Shown here in pieces: positions 44,176 through 55,049 of a DNA stretch of 64,000 nt (the stretch's first letter is position 1; every line of letters begins with the position of its first letter). Position numbers and translations under genes: made by a program. This DNA comes from the human T2T-CHM13v2.0 reference genome, Homo sapiens. The stretch lies in the NCBI RefSeq assembly GCF_009914755.1, contig NC_060925.1; one strand, 5' to 3'. The notes under the pieces were generated by a model that ran no database searches, was not told the origin of the DNA, and saw only the letters and a program-made list of their open reading frames with translations.

Positions 44176-44823
44176 ACTGTACTGCCTGTTCCTCTTCCTT
44201 AGCACTGGTCCCCACAGTCCACCCATTTTCTGAATAATGTCTGTTTTCCTACTAGTCTGTATGCTTGGCAAGAGCAGAGACCGCATCAGGATTGGCTGAT
44301 CACTTAATCCCCAAACTGGCGGAGCAGAGCCAGAACTGAGACATGAGCAGGCTGGCCCCCAGGGCCTTGTGTGCTCACCCTCTGCTCTCATGGAAGGTGA
44401 GTCTGCAAAGCTGAGAAGTGGGTTCCTGGGAGGTGGGCAGGCCCTTGGGGTATGTATGGGTCAGGAAGGCAGTGGAAGAGAGAGTTTTAGGAGGAAAAGC
44501 AGTCATCGGCACCACGTGCTGCCAAGACACCAAGGCTTCACCCACATAGAGCTTACCTAGTGCCAATGAGGGTCATTTTGGTGGAGCTGTAGGGCCAGAA
44601 GACAGATGGGGCAAGTGGAATGTGTGAAAGGTAAGGGTCAGAGTGAATGTGTGGGGACAACTCACTGGAGTTGAAGGGCGGTTTTTATTTTATTTTATTT
44701 TATTTTCCACGAGAGAGACACAGAAGCAGACGGGAAGGATCCAGTTGAGCATGAGAGGTTGAGTGTCCCAGGGATAAAGGGCATAGTGGTCCTGCAGGGG
44801 TCCTCAGAGGGAAGAGAGGACTG

Positions 44824-45104
44824 GGCCAGGCTTGGTGGCTCATGCCTGTAATCCCAGCACTTTGGGAGGCCGAGGTGAGCAGATCACCTGTAGTCAAAAG
44901 TTTGAGGCCAGCCTGACCAACATGGCAAAACCTCGTCTTTACTAAAAGTACAAAAATCAGCCGGGCATGGTGGCAGGCATCTGTAATCCCAGCTACTCAG
45001 GAGGCTTAGGCAGGATAATTGCTTGAACCCAGAGGCAGAGGTTGCAGCGAGCTGAGATCATGCCACTGCACTCAAGCCTGGGCGACAAGAGCAAGACTCT
45101 GTCT

Positions 45105-45140
<36 letters not shown>
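44824..45140 (+). mobile_element. AluS
   Basis: Full Alu with a long poly-A tail. Confidence 0.9.
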
Positions 45141-45143
<3 letters not shown>

Positions 45144-45360
45144 GCTCTCACTGGGGAGAGATAAAGCTCCTCTACCATAATCGAAGGGCAGGCAGGAAAG
45201 TGAACCTGGCCGCACAGGTCCAGGTGGGCAGTCCCTGAAGGGAGGTGAGGCTGGACCTGTGCTGACCTCTTTGCACCCAGCAGCACATTATATCCTGAAA
45301 GTGTGTACCCTCCTAGCTCCACTTCCCAGGTGAACAGGAGCTTCAAAAGTTAAGTAATTT

Positions 45361-45925
45361 TCAGAGGCTGGGAAGGGGGACTGAAGAGAGGTTGGTGATA
45401 TACTCTGGTTCTGTGTCCCCACCCAAATCTCATCTTGAGTTGTAATCCAAATTATAATCCCCATGTGTTGGGGGAGGGACCTCATGGGAGGTCACTGAAT
45501 CATGGAGATGATTACCCTCATGCTATTCTCGTGATAGTGAGTGAGTTCTCATGAGATCCAATAGTTTTATAAGGGGCTTTTCCCCAGTTTTGCTCGGCAC
45601 TCCTCCTTCCTGCTGCCATGTGAAGGACATGTTTGCTTGTTTGCTTCCCCTTCTGCCATGATTGTAAATTCCTGAGGCCTCCCTAGCCCTGTGGAACAGT
45701 GAGTCAATCAAATCTCTTCCCTTTGTAAACTACTCAGTCTCGGGCAGCTCTGTATAGCAGCATGAGAACAGACTAATACAGTTGGTCAATGGGTACAAAC
45801 ATACAGTTAGATAGAAGGAATAAGTTCTAGTGTTCGATGGCACAGTAGGGTGACTATAATTATCAATAATGTATTGTATATTTCAAAATAGCTAGTAGAA
45901 AAGATTAGAAATGTTCCTAGCACAT
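45361..45925 (+). mobile_element. L1MA 3'UTR fragment split by a THE1 LTR
   Basis: 'gaagagaggttgg|tcaatgggtacaaacatacagttagatagaaggaataagttctagtgttcgat'. Confidence 0.8.
45396..45780 (+). mobile_element. THE1 (C/D-like) MaLR solo LTR
   Basis: TGATA...CTAATACA; perfect TSD gttgg at 45391-45395 and 45781-45785. Confidence 0.9.
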
Positions 45926-46831
45926 CATTTCACCCATGATGAAGTTCAAGTTCCTTCTTCTCATGAAGTCGCAGCTTTTTTCTGGCACTAGATAAGCTCA
46001 AAGGTTCCTTCTGGCCCTTACATCCTCATACCCTCTGACCTTGAGTCTGACTTTGGACAGGACAGTAGAAGGTCTGCTCCCAGGAGGAGAGGATGCACGT
46101 GGGACAATGACTCAGAGGAGAGCCAGACAGCCCCTACACCAAGTGGGTGGGAGAGCCTTCCTGGGCTGTCTTCTGTTTCCCACCACCTCAGGGATACCAG
46201 GGATTCTATGGGGAAGGGGAGAGGATGTAGGCAGGGGACAAAGGACAGAATGAGGGTGAAGGAGGTGAGAAAGCAAAGCAACTATCTTCTTAAGGCAAAA
46301 AGAAGTCCCTTTAACACACAAAACAGCTGAGGGATGTGGCTGGGACTTACTAGTTTTCATCTCCTTTCCCTCCCAACAAAACTGGACCGTGGGATGCCTT
46401 CCCTCCTGGCAGTGCCAGAAGCTGGAATCTCTCCACGTGGTTTTCTGCTGAGGGTTGACCATAGACCAGAAGTAAATGCTCAACCTTTGAAGAACATTCC
46501 CTTTTATGTTCGTTTCTGGCATTTCACAGTTTCCTAGCACTCTCAGGTTCACTATTGTGTTGAATCCCTCAAAATGCTCTGAAACAGAGAGGCCAAAATT
46601 ATCACCTCCATTTTACAGTCTTTATAGGATGTCTACTTTATCTTTATTTCATCTTACCATTTAACTTTGTGTCCTTTTTCTTACAGTACAGAAATTGGAA
46701 TTGAAAAGAGGAGAGGTTCCATTTGTCTATCACATGCTACCTCCTGCTGCTGGGAGATAACGTGCATCAGTATTGGGAGGAGGGGTCGAGGGTGGTGCTG
46801 TGCCAACTCAAGGGAATGGAAGAAGGGAAAT

Positions 46832-47210
46832 TCAAAATTCATTTGTTGAAGTCCTAAGACCCAGTCCCTAAGAATGTGACCTTATTTGGAAAGAGTCTTT
46901 TCATAGGTAATCAAGTTAAAGTGAGGTCAGTAGGGTGGGCCCTAACCCAATCTGACTGGTGTCCTTATAAAAAGGAGAAATTTGGATACAGAGCTATACA
47001 TAGAGGGAAGATGATGTGAGGAGACACAAGGAGAAAATGGCCATCTACAAGCCAAGGAGATCCTTCCTTCACTGCCCTCAGAAGGAACCAGCCCTATCAA
47101 CACCTTGATTTCATACTTCTAGCCTCCAGAGCTAGAAGATAATACAGTTCTGTTGTTTAAGTCACCTAGTGTGAGGTATTTTGTTACAGCAGCCCTAGCA
47201 AACTAATACA
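46832..47210 (+). mobile_element. MLT1B-like MaLR LTR
   Basis: 'gaatgtgaccttatttggaaa...gactggtgtccttataaaaaggagaaatttgga...gcagccctagcaaactaataca'. Confidence 0.85.
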
Positions 47211-48121
47211 CTCCTCAAAATCGCCTCTGAGATGGAAAATAAGCCAGCTCTCTAAGGCTCTTGCCAAGACAACATAAGACATTAAAATCAGGCTTATATG
47301 TTTCAGGTGGAAGGAACCATGTGCGATGAGAGATGAAAGTACCTGCAGGTAGCTTGAGAGGGAGGGAAAGTTTGTATATGAAAGATGAAATTACTGAGGA
47401 GTTTGACCTTTACCCAGAGTACAGTGAGAAGGCACTGAAGGTTCCCGGAGCTGAGGAGGGACGACAGGCAGTAAATCTCAGAGCAATGGGCCGGGGAAGC
47501 AGGAGAAGGAGAGAACCAGATAAGCTGCAGAATCGAAGGGTGATGCAAAATTCCAATGTAGACGGAGAGGCAACGCAAGTGAATATAAGGCAAAATGATG
47601 AGAAGACAGCTCCCAAAGCACTTCCCTGATTTCTCTTTTCTCTTAATTTACTAAATGAGCATCATCAGAGATGTCATTCATTTCAACATTTGTTGAGCAT
47701 CTACTATGAGCCAGAGAGTATTCTGGTGTTGAGAAGACAACAGTGAATAAAACAGATCAAAGCCTTAGCCCTCAAAGAGCTGATATTCTATTAGGGAGAG
47801 ATACATGAAGAATAAAAAACAATAAGCGCATTATCTACTACAAAAGAAGGTTAAGTAGTATGGAGTAAAAAGAGCAGAATAAGGAGGATGGTGCAGCTGT
47901 AAACAGGGGATCAGGACAGCTCTCACTGAGAGAGTGGATGTAAGCCAAAGCTTGGAGATGAGGGAGAGATGCCTGCAGCCCACTTGGTGAGCATGATCTT
48001 CATTCTCTCTTTAATGCACTAATGGATCATGTTGTGGCCATGACTTCATTCCTTCAGTAAATGGTTCATTAATCAAAAGGGAATGAAGCATAGTGATCCC
48101 GACCATTAAAAAAAAAAACAG

Positions 48122-48476
<355 letters not shown>

Positions 48477-48954
48477 TCACTCTGCCTCATCTAGCATTAT
48501 TTGAGTACTCAGTAAATATGTGTTGAAGCAATTAATTCATCCAAAACCAGTAACTTAGTTTATGAGAACAAAGACACCCCCATAACTTCCCACTTCCCTG
48601 AAAGTACCAAACTTGATACAATTTATCAAGGAAGCAAGATTGAAAGATTTATTGAGAGTAAACATACCACTGAAAATATGACCAGAACACCATTTCATTT
48701 TTGCACTTTCCCTCCCAGCCCTTGTCTGTATGCATAAGTTAGGTATGATTTAGTGTATTGTAATCACAAACATATGATTTGAGGCTTCAGTGTTTTCCAC
48801 TTATCATCATGTTGTAAGCATTTTTCTTTGGCATTTCATAGCCTTTTATAAGTACCATTGATAATACACACATGGGGTCAAATTCTCACGGACCGCCATA
48901 TAAACCAATGTTGTTGGTAAGATCTGTGAATTCCTGAAAACAACGCCTCACGTG

Positions 48955-49027
48955 GGCTCCATAGCTCAGTGGTTAGAGCACTGGTCTTGTAAACCAGGGG
49001 TCGCGAGTTCGATCCTCGCTGGGGCCT
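48955..49027 (+). tRNA. TRT-TGT2-1: tRNA-Thr, anticodon TGT, intronless, 73 nt
   Basis: Acceptor stem GGCTCCA/TGGGGCC; anticodon arm CTGGT-CTTGTAA-ACCAG (TGT at 48988-48990); T arm GCGAG-TTCGATC-CTCGC; A box TAGCTCAGTGG and B box GTTCGA. The symbol is from recall of the human tRNA set. Confidence 0.97.
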
Positions 49028-49040
49028 CCTGTTGGCTTAC

Positions 49041-49049
49041 TTTTATTTT
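49041..49049 (+). terminator. Pol III terminator (TTTT-A-TTTT)
   Basis: First T4 run starts 14 nt after the tRNA 3' end. Confidence 0.8.
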
Positions 49050-49249
49050 AATCCATAGCATTTAAATACAGAATAGAGTCCAAAATGGAAAACGTGATTT
49101 CCGAAAATGTTACTCCTAGCAGAGCTAAACATTAGTTCTCCTGAAATACAAATGATGACCATCCTTAACGTGCTTTAGAAGTGACCCAGAAGACAAAATC
49201 CTAGTCCCCCAACAAAAAGCAGGCAAGGGCAGGAGGAGGGGGAAACTGG

Positions 49250-49730
49250 CCCGGCAGCCCCAGTATTACCTGGACCTGCAGGCCGGAGTACTGGAATTGG
49301 AGGCTCCATGGGCTCGTATTCAACGTCCTGCACACAGGCACCATCCCCTCAATTAAAACCAGCTGGAGGCGGCGGCCTTGGCCGTCAACTCGGCTGCTGG
49401 CTAACAGGACAGGCCGAAGCGGCGCTGCGCCTGCAGTTACGGCGCGTGGCCGGCGGGCGGCGCTGTGGCACCGCTCCCCATCGCCTCACCGGAGGCTAGC
49501 GGCTGCGCTTCTCCACGCCCCGCCGGGGCCGAGAGCGCCGCCAGCGTGGCCCGAATGCTAGCCGTTTCTGTGGCTGACACGTGGCAGCCCAGGCCCCATA
49601 GCCCGGCCTGGCTCCAATGTCCTGCCCCTTCCGAGGCTACTCCCCAAAATAGTCCCGGGTTGCTTGGGAAGCCAGTGTTTGCAGCCTTTCTGACTCTCCG
49701 TGTTTTCTCTGAATTCCTCAATGGCGCGTG
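49250..49730. promoter_or_regulatory. Small CpG island
   Basis: Dense non-repeat CpGs (ggcgcgtggccggcgggcggcgc; ccacgccccgccgggg); CACGTG at 49578-49583; CTCF-like 49447-49465. Confidence 0.8.
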
Positions 49731-49844
49731 ACTACAGAGTCACCAGAGGAAAGTGCCAAGAGCCTTTTTTCTGAACACATGAATTTTTCCAACCCAGGAT
49801 TTCTTTTCCCAGATCTGAGGGCCAGAGCTTGATAAAGGACTGTG

Positions 49845-50182
49845 TGTGAGGTCGCCACAAGCCGCGTGTGGCCGCTGGGTGCTTGAAATGTGGCTAGACC
49901 AAATGGCCATGTCCTGAAAGAGTAAAATACACATGAGATTTAAAAGACTTGAAACCGAAACAGGATGTAAGCCATCTCACTAGTAATTTTTGAATTGATT
50001 CCATGTTGAAATAATATTTTGGATATATTGGATTATATAAAATATAGTATAATTAAAATAATTATAAAAATAATTGTATAATTACAATTAACTATTTTTT
50101 TAATGTGCCTATTAGAAAATTTTAGGTTACATTTGTGGCCCCCATCTGCAGCTTTCATTTATCTTTCTGTTAGATGGTGCAG
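49845..50182. mobile_element. MER33 MITE, opposite orientation to the 14514 copy
   Basis: 'gcttgaaatgtggctag...atgttgaaataatattttggatatattg...taatgtgcctattagaaaatttt'. Confidence 0.75.
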
Positions 50183-50349
50183 GTTAGGGACCCAGAGTCC
50201 TCTGACCTTGTGTTTAAGTTAATTCTTAATCTGGCTCCCACTAAGTAAACTGTAATAGCCAGAGAAAGTCTCTTTCATCTCTGGGTCTCCCCGGAGTCAG
50301 TACTGTGCCTGACAAGCAGTAAGCACAACCTTCGTTGAAATGAAATTAA

Positions 50350-50726
<377 letters not shown>

Positions 50727-52057
50727 AGGGAATGTGTTTCTTAAACTGAGTTCGCTTTTGGCAACTGTAAGACTGTTTTGGCTTGCAGTATTTTAGATCT
50801 AGGAAAACACACTCAACACCCTCATATTTTGTTAATTATTTTGTCCCTCTGTGGTCAGGATATCTACTGGAGCAATGCTGTGAAGGTGAAGTGTTCACAG
50901 TGCCTTGAGGACATAGGACCCACTGATGCAAGACAAATACCCATATTATCGCAAAAGTATTAGCCCTTTACTAACACACCGAATGCCTTTTAGCAAAGCC
51001 ATTTCGGATCCTTGAATACCTTAGTACCAGGACTACTTACTCTGAGTTACTTGGTCATCAAGTAACAAAGTAGTAAGAAAGAGAGGTTTTTGAAGCGCTC
51101 TAATCCCATCTCCCTCCAGTCATTGCTAGTCGTCATCATTCCTCTCCCTTCCCCTGACATTGGCTGATCTCTAGAAAGAGCAAGTACCTGCATGTGTGTA
51201 TTTTTCAACTTTCCAAACTTTTCAACACCTTAGGCTGTAAGGAAAAGGAATACATTTTGGCTTTTCTATGTCCTAGAGATTGTTTTCTAACAGTCCTAGA
51301 CCCTTCCAGGAAGACTCACCAGCACCATCAGGCATCCTTCCAGAAAATAAAGCCACTTGCTAGAGAAAAACACTCTGCCTCTCCCCGACCTTTCCAACAT
51401 TTGAGAGGTCCCATTCAGTTTCCCGTTCTAGACCCACGCACTACCCACCAATGCAAAACCAGTGCTTCAAATGCCTTGAATTTGGTGTGTGTGGTCCTTT
51501 AAGTTGATACATGAATTTTGAGCACTTTCCCCCAGCTCAAACACTTCCAGTCCAGACTGTATTTTTGCCACATGTATTTGAAGAAAGACCGTATGAGTAA
51601 AGAAAGCAGAATGGCTCAAACATTTAGTCCAGAGGTTAGATCCAATCTCCTCAAACTGGCCTGGGGTTTTCAGCTCTTTCAACAAAACAACCCTGGGTTA
51701 ATCCCCTCCACCTTTAAGTTGCTGTCTTCATCGGAGGAGAAGCTAAAAGTGTGAAATATCAAGTTGGTTAGACTCTGAAGTTCATTTCGATTCTAGAGAG
51801 TATTCATAAGCACTACAAAGGTAGGCAAGGAAAAATAAAACTATGAAAAAGGCGAAGGAAGAAGACTTAAAGATGATCCAAAAAAATGATCTGCAGAACA
51901 CGATGACTGGTGTTTAGCATCTTCCATAAAGACAGAACAAGATAAAAAGAATCAGAGGTTTGATGGATTCTTGTTAGGTAAGGTTACCTAAAGTAAAAAC
52001 ATGGAACCTGCTTCTAAGTCTTTAAAAAAAAATCTATCCAGAGTATGCCCAATTATA

Positions 52058-55018
52058 ACTCGGCCCCCAGGCCTGCGTTCAGTGAGGCCTCCCGTGGCGT
52101 CAGCATGTTCGTGTGGAGGAATGTGGAAGGTCACTCTGTGGCCGTGTTCCCCTGGTACTCCATCCCCTTCCTGACCCCTCCCTGCAGCCACACGAGGCCC
52201 AGCAACCTGCCAGTCACTCAGTGGCCTCCAACCAGAGAAAACAACCTGCCAAGTTGGCAGCTGTTGCTCATAAGCGTCCACCAGGTGGGACAGGGAGTGT
52301 TGACCCTGGGCGGCCCCCTGGAGCCACCTGCCCTGAAAGCCCAGGGCCCGCAACCCCACACACTTTGGGGGTGGTGGAACTTGGTAAAAGCTCACCTCCC
52401 ACCACAGAGGAGGAGCCCTGGGCCCCTCAGGGGATTCCCTGCTGGACAGTGACACAGAGAATGACCATGATGATGCTTTCCTCTCCATCATGTCTCCTGA
52501 CACCCAGTTGCCTCTACCACTCAGATGATGTCAGGCCCAGTCCCTCAGTGCCTGCGCAAGGAACAGGACTCATCTTCTGAGAAGGATGGACGCAGCCCCA
52601 ACAAATGGGACAAGGACCACATCCGGTGGCCCATGAGTGCCGGTCATGATCTTCAGCAAGCGGCACCAGGCCCTGGCAGGGCGCACCAGGGTCACCCCAA
52701 CCAGTATAACCGGACCATCAGCCAGATGCTGAGCGAGCGGTGGTACACCCTGGGGCCCAATGAGACGCAGAAATACCACGACCTGGCCTTCCAGGTGAAG
52801 GTGGCCCACTTGCAACAAGGACCGAAAGAAGTCCAGCTCAGAGGCCAAGCCCACAAGCCAGGGGCTAGCAGGAGTGTAACAAGGGCTCGTGGGAGTGGAG
52901 CATATCAGAGACAGGCACTGCCACTGCCCCTGGGGTGTCCTCTGAACTCCTGTCAGTTGCAGCCCAAACACTCCAGAGCTCGGATACCAAGGAGCAGCTT
53001 CTGTGGGGCAGAACGGCTGCACACAGTCAGGAAACCTGGCTCAGCCTGGCCCAAGCCTTCTCCCACAGCGGGGTACACAGCCTGGAAGGCAGGGAAATAG
53101 ACCGTCAGGGACTACGGGAACTGACACAGGTGGTGTCTGGCACTGCATCATACTCTGGCCCAAATCCTTCTACTCAGCATGGAGCTCCAGGCCACTTTGC
53201 AGCCCCTGGTGAGGGAGGTGACCCGTGGGCAGCCCTGCTGCTGCCCACCTGAGCTGCTCATTCCCAGCACATGGCCAGTGAGGACATAGCGAGTGACGAG
53301 GAGCACACAGTCATCCATGAGGAGGAGGGGGTGATGATGTCATTGCTGATGATGGCTTTAGCACCACTGACACCGATCTCAAGTTCAAGGAGTGGGTGAC
53401 CGACTGAGAGTGGGGACAACTCTGGGGAGGAGCCAGAGGGCAACAAGGGCTTTGGTGGGAAGGTATTTGCACCTGTCATTCCTTCCTCCTTTACTCCTGC
53501 CGCCCCTTGCTGGATCCTGAGCCCCCAGGGTCCCCCGATCCACCTGCAGCTTTTGGCAAAGTCTATGGTCCCACCCTGTCCTCCTCCTACACATACTCGG
53601 ATGCTTCCTCCTCAACCTTGGCACCCACCTCCTTCTTACTGGGCCCAGGAGCCTTCAAAGCCCAGGAGTCTGGTCAAGGCAGCAGAGCGGGCCCCCTATG
53701 ACCCCTACCCCTGGGGATGGGGGCCCAGGGACGCCTTCCAAGGTGACCTGTTTCCTCCCAATGGATCCTGCCACCTTCTGGTGCAAGAGACCAGAAAGTG
53801 TGGGCGACCTGGAGCTACCAGGCTCCTCAGTCATCAGGGTCCCTCCCAACACTAAGGCTTTCCTAGGCAGGAGCTGGGCTGAGCCACCCGGGGGGGCAGA
53901 GCCTGAAGAGAAACTGACTGGGCTTTCAGGGTCAGGGCAGAGGGAACCCCACGGACATGGATCCCCCACACTGGAGGACCCCACCACGCCCAGATGCAAG
54001 ATGAGAAGATGCTCCAGCTGCAGTCCAAAGCCCAACACCCCCAAGTGTGCCATGTGTGATGGGGACAGCTTCCCCTTTGCCTGTACAGGTGGAGAAGCCG
54101 AGGACAGGCTCAGGGAACCGGAGACCGAGAAGGCGCTGTCCTCTTCACTGCACGCGCCCTGGACCAGTGCCGGCCCTGATCATGCAGCTCTTCCAGGCCC
54201 ACTGCTTCTTCCTGTCCACTAGGCCACAGTTGCCCTCCAGGCCCACTATGCACACATCTTCCCCTCCAAGGTTTGTTCTGCCCCTGCCCTGACTCCCAGC
54301 CCTGTGGGGGTCCTGACCGGACCTCACCTGGCTCAGACTCTTGACGCTGCCCTGGCTGCCCCACCACTGCCTCTGCCCGAGAGTCACGTGAGGCTGAGAG
54401 TAGGGGCGGGGCAGCAGTGGTGCCAGTTGGGGGGCGGTCCAGTGGGAGGAGCCTCAGCCTCACGGGCTGCTCCGTGGGACTGATGACTGCATGATCTTCT
54501 GGGCACCTCACGGATCTTCAACTGCAGGTGAAACGGATGCTGGTGGTGGGTGCAGGGCCGCTGGGGGCCGCTGCATGGTTCCCAGAGGCTGGACTGGGGC
54601 AGGTGCCAACTGAAGCTGCTGGGGCAGCATGGGCAGGATGTTCTGCACACAAACGTTGGAGAAGAAGATGTGTGCATAGCGGGTCCACTGCTGCTGCCCC
54701 TGCCCTGACTCCCAGCCCTGCCTGACCCCACCTCACCCTGCTCAGGCTCTGGCGCAACCCTGGCTGCCCTGCCACTGCTCTGCCCCAGAGTTGGGGCCTT
54801 GACAGCCTGGTTGGAAGGGGACACCCCAGCCCTGCCTCAACACCTGGGGGTCTCCATAACTACCACAGGCAGGTGGGCGACCCCAAAGAAGATCCCAGGA
54901 CTCACAGTATCCCCTGAGAACATGGACAGTATGTGGGGGTAGCAATGGAGGGCAGGATGGTTATCTTCTCCCAGGTAAAGCCATTTAATCCTTTCAGTTT
55001 GGGATGGAATAAGGCCTG

Positions 55019-55049
<31 letters not shown>

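Noticed and set aside
48899-48910. TATAAA followed by CCAAT upstream of the tRNA
   Set aside because: About 55 bp before the mature 5' end, further than expected for a TFIIIB TATA, and human tRNA genes rely on internal A/B boxes.
51720-51990. Purine-rich exon-like stretch ending in AG/GTAAG
   Set aside because: No sustained ORF or recognisable homology; a splice motif alone is not enough without transcript data.
52045-52054. ATGCCCAATT nearly matches the reverse complement of AATTCGGGCAT just after the pseudogene A tail
   Set aside because: Short, gapped and inverted, whereas retrocopy TSDs are direct repeats; probably chance.
52525-53100. 191-aa ORF with an HMG-box-like segment as a functional transcription factor
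   Set aside because: Helix 1 is frameshifted (MIFSKRH lies in another frame), the KAHPDWKW end is deleted and the C1 domain is scrambled.
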